From: Diploschistes diacapsis
Lineage: Eukaryota
Length of the DNA: 47,127 bases
Assembly (NCBI GenBank): GCA_023645945.1
Contig: JALAIB010000023.1
Coordinates: 1 to 47,127, forward strand
Reading direction: 5' to 3'
Below are positions 13,128-24,842 of the stretch, piece by piece (position 1 is the stretch's first letter; each line of letters opens with the position of its first letter). The notes below the pieces were generated by a model. That model was not told where the DNA came from. It saw only the letters and a program-made list of their open reading frames with translations, and searched no databases. The translations under genes and the position numbers were made by a program.

Positions 13128-14306
13128 TCAACGTATTTCGATATACTTGAAGGTATCCAGAACTTGCCGGTTCCAAAGGTAGCATTGTGTCAATCTGATG
13201 GTGGTATTGTCGCCTATCATAGACTCTACGCTCTGATAGTGCGTCTCGTTACCGACACAGGCAAAGCAATCACTTGGATTGAGGCACCCAACCACGAATT
13301 TCTTCTTGGCTGCTGGAAAGAAGTCGAGTATATCGCTTCTGGGTCCATGCACAGTCTTGATTCCATTGATGGAAGAACAGGTCGGAGCAAAAGATCCGTC
13401 CTTGCTGAAATCGCAAAACTCTAGACATGCAATATTTGGGTAGCTATGGTTTCCGCATGCGGTTTCTATGGCTTTGACCAACACAGGCATGAGGGTGGTG
13501 CCAATGTTAATACCCGCGCCAGCGACGTCGGAGAAAAAACCACAGCCTATCGCGGATATTTTGAAGTATCCTGAACGGCCCTGGAAGTGCTCCTGGACCA
13601 TCCTATCGAACGCGGTGAGCCAAAGATGCATACATTCTGTCATAGAAACAAGGTAACCGGTTTTGTGGAAGATATGGCTTCCACTTCCAATCTTGAGAAA
13701 GTGTTCCCCATGAGCTGCTGCCTCAACGAGATTGTTCCACGTGTCAGGTATGTCTCCGAACGATGAGTACTGTTTCAATCGAGTTCCGGTGCTATGCTTA
13801 GTAAATATAAAGTCCGCAAAGTCGAGATATGAAGCCTCGAATTGGGGACCAGCACCAGAGATGACGACGCAATCAAAGATTTCAGACTTCTTCAGAGGTT
13901 TGAGCCGGTTCTTATAGCCACCAATCGCGTAGCATTTGGCCACACTTGCGATACACTTTGCTCGGCTCAATCGTCTCTCTTCGTTGCTGATGAGATCTGG
14001 GAACTTGCGTCGTGCTTCGAGTAGTGATGACTGGACCGTTTGGTCTTGCGTCTGAACGTAACTGTCACCAGCAGTGCAAATATAAGGTACACATGTAATG
14101 AGCTTTCTAATCTCGGTAGTGCCCAGTGGAAAGTATCTTGGCAAGTAAAAGACTCGAAGTGTATGGGCAATTTCTTTGATATGCTCAAGGCTCTGCTCCC
14201 TGGTCACTGGCCATTGACCATTATAGTAGGGGTTTTCAGCCAGGACTTGAGCATTGAGTTTCTGAATTAGCGAGGCCCGGATTTGATCCAGGATATCGTC
14301 GGCCAT
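13128..14306 (-). CDS. Intronless 392-aa protein, putative macrodomain-like ADP-ribose-binding/hydrolase of MavL/Larg1 (DUF4804) type
   Basis: Clean ORF with globular composition. Motifs GPQFE (aa153-157), YFKISAIGCGFF (aa247-258, macrodomain-like GxGxF loop) and NPSDCFACVGNE (aa343-354). Family call is from motif recall only. Confidence 0.6.
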   Translation of the reverse strand: MADDILDQIRASLIQKLNAQVLAENPYYNGQWPVTREQSLEHIKEIAHTLRVFYLPRYFPLGTTEIRKLITCVPYICTAGDSYVQTQDQTVQSSLLEARRKFPDLISNEERRLSRAKCIASVAKCYAIGGYKNRLKPLKKSEIFDCVVISGAGPQFEASYLDFADFIFTKHSTGTRLKQYSSFGDIPDTWNNLVEAAAHGEHFLKIGSGSHIFHKTGYLVSMTECMHLWLTAFDRMVQEHFQGRSGYFKISAIGCGFFSDVAGAGINIGTTLMPVLVKAIETACGNHSYPNIACLEFCDFSKDGSFAPTCSSINGIKTVHGPRSDILDFFPAAKKKFVVGCLNPSDCFACVGNETHYQSVESMIGDNTTIRLTQCYLWNRQVLDTFKYIEIR

Positions 14307-14692
14307 CGTTCTTGAGGTGATTTAATTCATTAATTGTGCATCTCCTTCGAGAGCTTGAGTTTTGTATGGCTTTGGCCTCTACCCTGTAGAGTTGTTGCGA
14401 TGTACTGGTCACTCCCGGTGAAAAGACAGAGCAGTTAGGCCTTGGCATCAAAATCTCACAGTGTGGTCGAACTTCTAAGATCCACTCTTTCCCAATTATT
14501 TATTTGGAAAGGGATATTTTCGTCTCCTGGGCCTTTTGTCAACAGCTAATACTAAGTCCAATCTCTCCTAAATGGCCAGGGAACGATTCCTATACTACCC
14601 GAAGCGGGGTTGATCTGGAAAGATCTGGCAGAGTTTCTTTACAAGAACTAATAGATATTCTTTTTTGTAACTCGGTTGTTTCAGTATTCATC

Positions 14693-16491
14693 ATGTCTCT
14701 GCATAGGGTATCTTCAATGGAATCGTGGCGAGAGACGAATGAAGAGAATCGGGCCTCCAATACATTGACATTTAATCCGATACCAGAACAGACAACGCCG
14801 GCCTCCGCTCAGCGCAAGCCTGCCATCCCAACAGAAACATCTCGAGCCAAACGAATCGGTACGTGAACTTATCGTTACAGATTACAGCCAAAGTCGCTAA
14901 ACTGGTGTTTGTAGTCCAGATATCTATAGCGTGCCTCTATTGCCTTCTTGCCTCTGGGGTCGTCTTCGGATACGCTGCGTTCAAGCAGGTCCTGGTTCGA
15001 GAAGGGGTCTACCTGGAGTACTGTGGTCAAGGAATACCCCATGGACCTAACCAAACTTGCTACCAGCAGGAATTAAGGTGGGCATCCTGGAGCTATCAGC
15101 AACCGTGCTCTTACAGGTGACGTCGCAGGCTGAACCTCATGTTTACCATCGCCGCAGTTGTTACAAACGTTGCTGCACTGCCGATAGGAACTATACTCGA
15201 TCGGTATGGTCCAAGGGTTAGCGGTATCGTAGGAAGCGGCTTTATAGCCCTTGGTGCAATATTCTTCATTTTTGCCTCAAAAGTGCCTTTCGACGCCTAT
15301 GTACCAGGGTACCTTTTCCTAGCACTGGGAGGTCCTTTCGTCTATATATCGTCTTTTCAACTATCGAACTGTTTTCCGCGACATTCTGGGCTCATTCTGG
15401 CGCTGCTAACGGGCGCCTTCGACACCTCAAGCGCCATCTTTCTCGCCTACCGGTTAATATATCAGGCGTCCGGGGAGACCTTCACACCTCAGAAGTTTTT
15501 TAGCATCTACCTCGTCGTTCCGTTGTTCATCCTCCTTGCTGAGCTATTCATCATGCCCTCTAGATCCTATAATACCGTCGCCGACATAATCGCAGACGCC
15601 GAAGACCCCTCTCGTGATGTCATTCCAAGGAACCCAAACATGACCGACCAAGCTCGTGAAGATTATCTCCGAGACCAGCGACAGAGCCGTCGCCAAAGCG
15701 TTATGTCTGAGATGACACCTCTGCTAGGGAAAATAGACGTGGACGAAGCTCACCGCGACAGAGAACGCAAAAAGCAAATCAGCGGCGTCTGGGGTGCCCT
15801 GCACGGCCGCTCTGCGCTGCACCAGATCCAGACTCCCTGGTTTGTTCTCATCACTCTATTCGTCATGTTCCAAATGCTGCGCATTAACTACTTCGTGGCT
15901 ACAGTGCGCAAGCAGTACGAGGCTCTTCTCGACTCGCATGTCCTCGCGAAGCAGGTCAATGACGTCTTCGACGTTGCTCTTCCCCTGGGAGGCGTACTCT
16001 CGATACCTTTCATCGGCTTGATTCTGGACAACCTGAGCACACCCGTTACGCTTTCTGTACTCGTCGTTACGGCGACCGCGATAGGCGTGCTGGGTTGTCT
16101 CCCCTACCTTTCCGCCGCCTATCTCAACATTTTCTTTTTCGTGATATACCGGCCCTTCTATTACACGGCGGTATCGGATTACGCGGCCAAAGTCTTTGGC
16201 TTTTACACCTTTGGCAAGGTGTATGGCCTCATCATTTGTGTTTCGGGCTTGTTCAACCTGACGCAGTCGGGCCTCGATGCGCTGCGGTTCAGAGTATTTG
16301 GGAATGATCCGGTGCCCGTGAATGTCATTCTGCTTTCTACGGTTTTGGTCGTGGGACTGGCCTTGGTTGGATATGTGTACAGGCAAAGTTTGAAAAGTGC
16401 AAGGAATTTGCTCGAGGTGGAGGCGGAGGGGGCGGCTGAGTCGGTCATGCCAGACGTGACGAACGGTCATGCGACACCGAGGTCAGGGTAA
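14693..16491 (+). CDS. FMP42: MFS transporter, FMP42/LAT3-like, 563 aa; join(14693..14858,14915..15077,15129..16491)
   Basis: Two GT-AG introns. Motifs: YCLLASGVVFGYAAFK, QELRLNLMFT, GTILDRYGPR, GAFDTSS, MLRINYF, YRPFYYTAVSDY, FGFYTFGKVYG. About 12 hydrophobic segments. Confidence 0.88.
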
Positions 16492-16678
16492 GACGGGGAA
16501 GTATAATTAGTATAATACATATCATGTATGTTAGGTGTTTGAGAATGAGCTGGGAATCCGTTTATAGTTTATACGTATTATGAAGTTTTATAATGCCATG
16601 TTTGTGGAGGCCCCCAACGCAAACCCATTTGTGATGGGCGTGAAGGACGTCCCACACGTTCATAATCATGTCCTTTAT

Positions 16679-18295
16679 TCAGAGCCACTCCGCACACAGC
16701 CGGTCAAGTACCTCCTTGAGCTTCTCCAAGCTCATAACCATGCTCTTCATCGCAGCTCCTTCATCCCCACAAATGTCGCCGACCACACTTCTCAACTTCG
16801 CCGCGCGCTTCTTCTCCAGCAATCCACTACTTTCCTTTGGAAGAGTGAACTCAACAGCGACCGTCCCTGTTTCCGCTTCCCTGTTTCCAACCGTACAGAT
16901 AACGCACCACTTGTCCTTCCTCGCACTAGCCACTTTGCGGCCGATCGTCTTCGGCTCGGCGTCAACGTCGACGATATAGCTCGTGTGAGGTTGAGCCAAA
17001 GGTTGAAGGCGGGGTTCTGGGGAGGATCCTGAAGAATCGCGACTGAGGTGCTGGCCAGACAGCATCGCTGCAACAATCTTCGCGTGGGCAACGGCAGATT
17101 CCGAGGTGTTGGTGGTCACGATCTTGATCTGGCGGGGAGATAGCCAGAGCGGAAAGCGGCCGGCATAGTGCTCGATGAGGAGGGCGAGGAAGCGCTCCAG
17201 AGAGCCAAGCACTGCGCGGTGAATCAGGATGGGAGTCGAGTAGGACAAAGGCACCTCTGTTGTGGAGCCGGTGGAAACGAGATGCGGTGGGCGTGATTGG
17301 TACTTGAGCTCGAACCGCCCAGGGAGCTGAAAGTCTAACTGGATAGTAGCCGTCTGGTGTTCCTTATCCTGGTTGTCCCTAAGAATTACGTCGATTTTGG
17401 GCCCATAAAAGGCACCGTCGCCTGCATTTAGCGCCCATTGCATGTTACTCGCTTCTAGCGCTTCCTGCAGCTGGCGCTCTGCCTGATCCCATTCTTCCAC
17501 CAAGCCGATGAAGCCTGAATCGGGACGGGTACTGAGCAGTAGTTTGTGCGGCTGTAATCCGAAGACGCCGTATACAAGCTCTATCATCTGTAGCGTACTA
17601 CTAATCTCGTCGCGAACTTGATCCGCTCGGCAGAAAATATGGCCATCGTCCTGGTGGAAACGGCGGATGCGGGTGAGGCCACTGAGCGAGCCAGTTACTT
17701 CGTTCCTATGCAAAGGGGAGAAGTCGGCATAGCGCACTGGCAGATCGCGGTAGCTACGTGCCTTCGTCCCAAAGAGTAGACAATGACCGGGACAATTCAT
17801 TGGTTTGAGCCCCCAGCTTTCGCCCTCGTTCATCTCCTTCTCTTGATGATCTTCTGCTCGGCGGGCACCCCGACCAGTGACTTCGAACATATCATCACTA
17901 TAATTATCCCAATGGCCTGAACGTTCCCATAGGGACTTCTTATAGATGATTGGCGATACCACTTCCCGGAAGCCGAAGTGTGCATGCTGCGCACGAAGGA
18001 GGGATTGAAGCTTAAGGAAAATATGGGAGCCATCGGGATGCAGCAGCGGAGAGCCAGCGCTGTAAGCTGTCGAGCTGAACAAGTCAAGCGCTCTACCGAG
18101 TGACTGATGGTCTGCGGGTGGAATGTCTTTGTTCGTAGGTGTCAGCGTTCTTGGAGATTGGGAAGATGAATCAACCGTGAAGTGCGAGGAGCACGTGCGC
18201 AGTTGCTGACAAGGGCGTACTGAGCTTCCATGCTGTGCATATCTAGTCAATGGGCGACACCGGTAGAGAAAGTTCAATAGACGATAATTGATCAT
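16679..18295 (-). CDS. MST1: Mitochondrial threonyl-tRNA synthetase, 538 aa
   Basis: Arg/Ser-rich N-terminal presequence and no N-terminal editing domain. Motifs: LWERSGHW, LKPMNCPGHC, RRFHQDDGHIFC, GAFYGPKID, TIQLDFQLP, IHRAVLGSLERF. Confidence 0.93.
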   Translation of the reverse strand: MINYRLLNFLYRCRPLTRYAQHGSSVRPCQQLRTCSSHFTVDSSSQSPRTLTPTNKDIPPADHQSLGRALDLFSSTAYSAGSPLLHPDGSHIFLKLQSLLRAQHAHFGFREVVSPIIYKKSLWERSGHWDNYSDDMFEVTGRGARRAEDHQEKEMNEGESWGLKPMNCPGHCLLFGTKARSYRDLPVRYADFSPLHRNEVTGSLSGLTRIRRFHQDDGHIFCRADQVRDEISSTLQMIELVYGVFGLQPHKLLLSTRPDSGFIGLVEEWDQAERQLQEALEASNMQWALNAGDGAFYGPKIDVILRDNQDKEHQTATIQLDFQLPGRFELKYQSRPPHLVSTGSTTEVPLSYSTPILIHRAVLGSLERFLALLIEHYAGRFPLWLSPRQIKIVTTNTSESAVAHAKIVAAMLSGQHLSRDSSGSSPEPRLQPLAQPHTSYIVDVDAEPKTIGRKVASARKDKWCVICTVGNREAETGTVAVEFTLPKESSGLLEKKRAAKLRSVVGDICGDEGAAMKSMVMSLEKLKEVLDRLCAEWL

Positions 18296-18661
18296 CAGTG
18301 AAACTCATCGAAAGGTTGATGCTCATGAGCGAAGCTTTGAGTGAGAGGTTTACCGTGGTAAACAAGCTACGTCATCGGGTCGCGTCTTCTAGGTCTAGCA
18401 TGTGCCTTGATGAAGCTCGTGTTTTGCAGATGCTCTTTATGTTCTCTTTGTCTCTTTTTCTATATCATCCTAATTCGTGAAATAGTGCAGATGTTGCAAA
18501 TATGGAGTAGGAAACATATAAAAACATTTTAGAGTCATACATGTCTGTTCACATAGTCTTCCTACAACATTAGATACCATTTGGTTCCAAATTACCAGCA
18601 ACTCACCTATAGTTTCCCCATTTTCAGCAGCTTTCTTGTTGTCCAACTACCTTGCACAGTC

Positions 18662-20230
18662 ATGCCGAAACGTAAGGTCAAGAAGCTTGAAAATTCTTGG
18701 GTTGACGCGGGTGACGAAGCCGAAGAAAGAGACAACCTTGCGGTTTCTCCCTCGAGTACTGCTCCAGGACCAACCTCGCCTGAATCGCCTTTAAGGTCGA
18801 TACAAGAAATACCACCAAAGCAAATCAACGACGCTGGAGCTTCGAGTTTTGTCATGCCAAAGCTCGACAAAGAAACCGCTTCGCCGCAGAAGGCTCCTGT
18901 ATCCCCTCAAGTACGGAAACGAAAGAAGTCTGCTATACAGATCACGCAGTCGGCTCAGGAAGCTAACGAGAGTTCTTCCAAGAGTAACTGGGTTGATCAT
19001 GCAATTAAAGCGCTAGAATCAGTACTAACGTGGTTACTGGCGGTTCTTGGTGGTGCGCTACAGATGTCCAAGAAGCCTATCTCTTACCTGCTCGCTGCGT
19101 ACATTTTCATTGGGCTTCTCGTCGTGACTACGAATGTTCTGACTTCCAAGCTCACTATGGCACTGTCTCCTGTGTGTCGCATACCAGGCGCATCCTTAGT
19201 TGTTCCTCGGCTTTGCGAAAGTCCTGTTAAGTTAAATCTATCTGGGCCAAATGCGCCTCAGCCGGAATTTGACGAGTTAATGCACATTCAAAGCAGATTC
19301 GAAGATCTCCTAGCACAGACCGGTGACGATTACGCTATCCCAGCTTTTATGAAGCAGTCTCAACTGGCAATGAGAGACGTGAGAGAGGTCGTTCGCTTCA
19401 GCCAATTACGCTCGAAACACGAACTCGTACTCGAGTTCAACACATTCATAGATGCTGCTTCACAGGCCTCCTGGGACCTAGAAACATTCAATTCACACGT
19501 TGGCAGAACTGTGGACAAAGTACTGTTGACTGCACGCTGGACTCAGCGAGCGCTTGACGATATTGCCGGACCTAATGCGACTCAGGGTACGATCGGAAAC
19601 ATCGTCAGCACGATGCTTGCACCGTTCCGGCCAATAAAGTATACCGAAGATGTTGTCTTGGACCATTACATCAAACACAGTGATGCCGTCCAGGGCGAGA
19701 TCAGTGATTTACTAGGCGAAGCTCAAGCTGTCTTTTTCCTTCTTCGATCTCTCGAAGAGACACTAGATGCGATACACGGCATCGCTGTCCGAGATACTCA
19801 GTATGCGGAGGCCTCCAGAGACGAAGTCCTAGCACTATTGTGGACAAAGCTGGGTGGGAACATGAAGCAGATGAACAAATTCGATGCCGATCTAAGAACT
19901 TTGAAAAGAATTGCAACGTATGGCCAATCGGCTTACACTAGCATTGCTGCAGCGGTGCTGAAACTGCAGTCAATGTCAGCAGAGATTGATCAGCTCAAGG
20001 AACGGTTGATTAGCGTCGATCCTGTCCTTGGCCGTCCGCAGATCCCCTTGAGCATCCACCTTGAGAATATTCAGCTAGGCGTGCAGAGGCTGGAGGAAGC
20101 TAGGGCCTACACGCGTGAGAAACGGGTGGGATATTCGAGGGAGATGATGGACATAGCCAGAGGAGCGCACGGAATTCCAGGCGAATCTTTAATCCACACG
20201 CCGGGGCGCAAAGATCTCCCGGACCGTTGA
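18662..20230 (+). CDS. Hypothetical fungal membrane-anchored coiled-coil protein, 522 aa
   Basis: First ATG at 18662 within the long ORF. Disordered basic N-terminus, hydrophobic segments (WLLAVLGG.., YLLAAYIFIGLLVV), a CRIPG..C motif and a long helical C-terminus. Confidence 0.8.
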   Translation: MPKRKVKKLENSWVDAGDEAEERDNLAVSPSSTAPGPTSPESPLRSIQEIPPKQINDAGASSFVMPKLDKETASPQKAPVSPQVRKRKKSAIQITQSAQEANESSSKSNWVDHAIKALESVLTWLLAVLGGALQMSKKPISYLLAAYIFIGLLVVTTNVLTSKLTMALSPVCRIPGASLVVPRLCESPVKLNLSGPNAPQPEFDELMHIQSRFEDLLAQTGDDYAIPAFMKQSQLAMRDVREVVRFSQLRSKHELVLEFNTFIDAASQASWDLETFNSHVGRTVDKVLLTARWTQRALDDIAGPNATQGTIGNIVSTMLAPFRPIKYTEDVVLDHYIKHSDAVQGEISDLLGEAQAVFFLLRSLEETLDAIHGIAVRDTQYAEASRDEVLALLWTKLGGNMKQMNKFDADLRTLKRIATYGQSAYTSIAAAVLKLQSMSAEIDQLKERLISVDPVLGRPQIPLSIHLENIQLGVQRLEEARAYTREKRVGYSREMMDIARGAHGIPGESLIHTPGRKDLPDR

Positions 20231-21277
20231 ACGTGATCGGCTTTAGAACTCTTTTTATGTGCGGAAAGCGAAGGAGCTTTAACGTCTTGGTTGAATATCA
20301 CCATCGGCGGCTTACTACGATTTGCTATTTATTGCACCTGAATGCATTCAGTAGCCCATTTCTCTACTACAAGACCAATCCGGGTCCCTTCGGCCTGAGC
20401 ACGAGGGGGCCACCTTGGAGCGCTTTCAATATCCGCCTGTCCGAATCCACCACAACCATAAGACGCCCGCATATCACGTGTTGTGATGTTTGCAGTTGAC
20501 CGATGTGGAAACAGGAAATGAAAGGACTCATCGAAGGTTGCGATGGAATGAAAGCAATCAGTATTCGGCAATCTGCTGCTGCTGCTGATACGTTTAGGGC
20601 ACTTGGACAAGCATCTGTGAACGCAGACTGGACTGGGTCTGGTTGATTAGACGTCCTTTGGCACACACAGTCAGTCGTAGCCGGTCACCCTCCAGTCGCT
20701 GAGAAGATCCAGTCGGGCTGAAGCACTACATCTGGAAGCATTAAAGATGATAATATCGGCATATTTTCAAAAATTTAGACACGGAAACTCTGCCGAGCGC
20801 ACCTAATTTGCAGAGTTATTGCAGCCTCCAACGATCAGATCACAGCAAGTAGCCCCCTTTTGCCACGCAAGCCCAGAACTGCAATCGCATCCCTGATCTT
20901 TCAGTGACTCAGTCGTGAACGGTTCGCCACCAGTGACCGCCGGTTTTAGAGAACCCCCCACCTTCGAGAGGCAGGTGCTTATGGGTCCCCAGAGAGATCA
21001 ACAATCGCAAGGGGTTTGTAAGCGCACTCCCGGGGATTCCGTACTTATGGCATCAGTGCCTTGCTGCATGTGACCGCCGGTGTGCATATACGGTGGCCAC
21101 AATCCTCCTGTTGCCTTGCAAGGCAGTTGCTATGCCTTCGCTATATGAATTCAGCTTAGGTTTTGAATAACAACTCATTCAATGCTTCAATAAACACATG
21201 CTTTGACTTTCTACCCTTTCACTTCAATCATACAGATTCGTCACTCCAAACCACTATCCACTACACTACACCACACC

Positions 21278-22975
21278 ATGTCTCGCGCCAACCCCTCTCT
21301 TCCCTTCGACGTCGCCCTCGGACCCTTCAAATCTCTCTACCTCACCCTCCTCGACACCGCTCAAGTCTATCTCGGCCTTGACCCCGCAATCCTCATCAAC
21401 GCCGCCCTCGCTCTCGCCGCCATCGGCACCTTCCTGCACTACGCCTCGGGCCACCTCTACCGCTACGCTTCCAGCACCTGCCTCTCCTCCGTGCACATCA
21501 ACGAGGACGACCAGCTCTATGCCCAGATCATGCGCTGGATGACGGACCACCAACTCGACACGCGAGCCTTTCGCTCCGTCAAAGCCACCACGCCACAGAA
21601 ATCAAGCTGGGAAGACGAAGAGGATGCCACGCGGCGCATAGACCGTGACTTCGACCCGGCCAAGCTGATCTCCTACCGGAGCATCATCGGCCGCATCCCG
21701 ATCCACCTGCAGCCGTTCGAGGGCTCGCACGTCTTCCGGCACAAGGGAACGTGGATTCTGTTCAGCCATCGTGTGCACAAGAGCTCTCCCTTGCTTCCGG
21801 CGGATGCGCGCGAGAGGGGCTACGTGCAGCTCCAGTGCCTAGGTCGCTCACTCGCTCCTCTTGAGGCGTTGCTGGGGGACGTGCAGACGTACCATCTGGA
21901 GAGGTCAATGTCGACCACCACGGTGTTTCGGGCGCTTACTCAGATGCGGGAGATTATACGGTGGGTGAAAGTCGTGTCCCGGCCATCGCGGGAGATCGGG
22001 ACGGTAATCTTAGAAAAGGAAAAGAAGCATGCTTTGCTGAATGATATCAATGAGTATCTGCACCCCAGGACGAGGAGGTGGTATGCAAACCACGGAATTC
22101 CGTACAGACGAGGCTATCTGTTCTCCGGAGCGCCGGGAACAGGGAAGACGAGTCTTACGTCGGCGCTGGCGGGCGTGTTTGGTTTGGATATCTATGTGCT
22201 GTCGTTATTGGACCCGGCAATGAACGAGAGCCAGCTGATGCGTGTCATGTCTGAAGTTCCGTCTCGCTGCATCGTGCTGCTCGAAGATGTGGATGCTGCG
22301 GGCCTAGGAAAAAGAAGTGATACGTCAGGGTCTCATGTGCGCAAGAAGCGACAACAGGCATCACAGGCTGCCCCTAACACCGTTTCAGACCTGATATCCT
22401 CGGCCACAGGCGTCCCGGAGACCAACCCTTCGGCACCAGCATCAGCCATCTCTCTGTCTGGCCTGCTGAACGCCATCGACGGGGTGGCTTCCCATGAAGG
22501 ACGAATACTGATAATGACGACCAACGCACCCAATGCTCTCGACAAGGCCCTGGTAAGGCCCGGTCGTGTAGACATGCACATTCATTTCGAGCTGCCCTCT
22601 CGACCGGAAATCGAGGAGCTCTTCCTAAGTATGTTTTCCGACGAGTCGGAGGACTATCAGAGCACTGTATGCTCTCGCGAGTCAATCTCGTCTTCAAAAA
22701 GCAAGACAAATGGAAACGTCAACGGTAACACTGTAGCGAGCGAGGACAGCAAGGCTCGAGTTAAGGACGTTCCGGTTCTGGAACTTTTCACCACAGACAA
22801 AATGCAAGAAATGGCTCAGGACTTTGCGAAAGCCCTGCCTGAAGGGGAAATGAGCTTGGCGGAGATTCAGGGCTTCATGTTAAGACATAAGGGAAACCCA
22901 CTGGAAGCTTGCAGGACAGCGCACGAATGGGCTACTGAAAGGACAAGGGAGATGGAAGCACAGGAAGATGATTGA
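21278..22975 (+). CDS. BCS1-like AAA ATPase, 565 aa
   Basis: N-terminal TM segment plus BCS1_N-like region. Motifs: WYANHGIPYRRGYLFSGAPGTGKTS (Walker A), IVLLEDVD (Walker B), SLSGLLNAIDG, MTTN, ALVRPGRVD. Confidence 0.92.
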   Translation: MSRANPSLPFDVALGPFKSLYLTLLDTAQVYLGLDPAILINAALALAAIGTFLHYASGHLYRYASSTCLSSVHINEDDQLYAQIMRWMTDHQLDTRAFRSVKATTPQKSSWEDEEDATRRIDRDFDPAKLISYRSIIGRIPIHLQPFEGSHVFRHKGTWILFSHRVHKSSPLLPADARERGYVQLQCLGRSLAPLEALLGDVQTYHLERSMSTTTVFRALTQMREIIRWVKVVSRPSREIGTVILEKEKKHALLNDINEYLHPRTRRWYANHGIPYRRGYLFSGAPGTGKTSLTSALAGVFGLDIYVLSLLDPAMNESQLMRVMSEVPSRCIVLLEDVDAAGLGKRSDTSGSHVRKKRQQASQAAPNTVSDLISSATGVPETNPSAPASAISLSGLLNAIDGVASHEGRILIMTTNAPNALDKALVRPGRVDMHIHFELPSRPEIEELFLSMFSDESEDYQSTVCSRESISSSKSKTNGNVNGNTVASEDSKARVKDVPVLELFTTDKMQEMAQDFAKALPEGEMSLAEIQGFMLRHKGNPLEACRTAHEWATERTREMEAQEDD

Positions 22976-24632
22976 AAACCCAACGATATTGTCTTTGGCT
23001 GAATCAAATATTCAAGGGAAAACTCGACGAAACACAACGCAGACAGGGATCTAAGGACAAATACAGGATTCGATACAGAAAATGAGTTGATCAACTGCGA
23101 GAAAGGGATCCTGCCCAGGAGCAAAACGTGGTGGTACAGAACAATGCATAGGTAGTGATATTAGAACCGCAACCGCCCAGGAGTTTGTTGCCTGTGGGCA
23201 CAAGATTGTCGAAGGCCCACTTCTAGAACCTCCAAGTTGAATCTCAGTCAGGTCATAGGTGAGATAAAGATTGGTTTGTTCATTGGTGTTGGGCATCTCC
23301 TTAGTGCTTGAGGTTCGTTGCAAGCATAGAGCTCTCGGTATGGCCGAAAACCTAAAATCAGTGCCCTTATAAAGCATGTTTATTTTTGACCCTCGGTCAC
23401 GGTGGGATTCCGTGTGTAGTAGGAATTAGTATACGAATTGATGCTGCTGCATATCTAGGCAAGTTCACGCTTACAGAAAGAAATTGAGATGGTGTGGGAA
23501 TTTGACCTACCATATCGGGAAAATGCTCGGGTTTTCTTTCTTTCTGTTATTGCTAGTTACCTTCAATTCGGCGAAGTAGAGGAAGAGTCAACGAGGTTAT
23601 TGCGGAAGCAAGCTGGTGCTCGAGGATCCTTTGGACTAGACATATTGCTGCAGCCTGGGATGAAGCCTGAGCCTCTAATCTTCAGAGTCACTGTGCTCTT
23701 AGCCAAGCAGAATGGAGCCAGCTGTGCAAGGGAAAAGCCCAATTGGCTTTCTGTATGATTTTGTCAAGCCGCCATCGATTGCCTACGATATCGGGAGTTC
23801 GAGAACTACGGGCTTCCTGGGAACGGTTGATTTTCCTTTCGTGATAAGTCAGACGTTCTACAGAAACGTGATCAAAGTAGAAATAGGCCTGTTGCCTTGC
23901 ATGGGGTGCGTTTCAGTGAATGTTTATCAGCCGGTGCTTCACCGTTCTATTCGGAAGATATTCCGGTCTTTCAGAATAGAACGAGCCAAGTGGCACGTAG
24001 CTGTTCGGACAAACAGTGCCGTTCTCATTTCATACAACCCTCCACAGTGGCGATAGCTCAGGTGCACACAACCCAGTGAGGAAAAGGCTGTCAGAAAGAC
24101 GTGGCTGTTCAAGTAAGATTCGGCTGCAGAAGGACAAGCGATAGTATACTATAAGCCACTTCTGCATCGCAGAGCTCGAGTAACATGACTTGGTGAGGTA
24201 ATTCGATTTTCGCTTTCGGGTCCTGCTATGGTTTCCAAAGTAGATCCAGACCGGTTGGATTCCAAGGACGGGAAGGGACTCAAAGCCGGAACAGATATGA
24301 CCATGAGATACTAGAGCTTAGTGCATAGGCTGGGACGTGCCTGAGAGACGGGCGAAGATACAAATACCCTTCAACCGCCCGCGTCGTCTACCGAATCCTT
24401 ATTCATAGAATTTGAGGCCCAGATCAAGATAACTGACGGTCCCAGAAAGCGGTGGGAGATTGTTTAAAGTGTTCCAACCAACGACGGATACAATAAGCTA
24501 GTGTCGAAAATCTGGTGATCCTCATCTAGGTGGGGCCAGCCATCTGCCCCTAAGATCAGATCAGTCTGACCACTTCAGGTACATCAAAAGCACGCAGTAG
24601 AGACTACGGCCTCTTACCCGCCAAACTGCGTC

Positions 24633-24842
24633 ATGGCTCACAGCCACCGCGTATCATCTCAGCCCTGTTCCCAAGCCTATGGTTTAGCTCGCATATCACA
24701 GCACACCGCTCCCAATGGAGCCGAGGATTCCAAGACTTCATGGCGCTGTGCATTCTGCAATACCAAGAACGGAGAAGACGAGAAACATTGTCGAAGCTGT
24801 GAAAGGGCAAAGAAGATCAAGGAAAGTTCCTTCGCTCACTAA
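24633..24842 (+). CDS. Short ORF with a RanBP2-type zinc finger (possibly the last exon or remnant of a larger gene)
   Basis: WRCAFCNTKNGEDEKHCRSC fits W-x-C-x2-C-x3-N-x6-C-x2-C exactly. A CTGAC..CAG acceptor ends at 24578 and is in frame with the ORF. Confidence 0.5.
   Translation: MAHSHRVSSQPCSQAYGLARISQHTAPNGAEDSKTSWRCAFCNTKNGEDEKHCRSCERAKKIKESSFAH

Noticed and set aside
10966..18295. Two aminoacyl-tRNA synthetase genes close together as a possible resistance or biosynthetic cluster
   Set aside because: Both look like ordinary housekeeping copies (cytosolic PheRS alpha, mitochondrial ThrRS). No synthase or tailoring genes are nearby.
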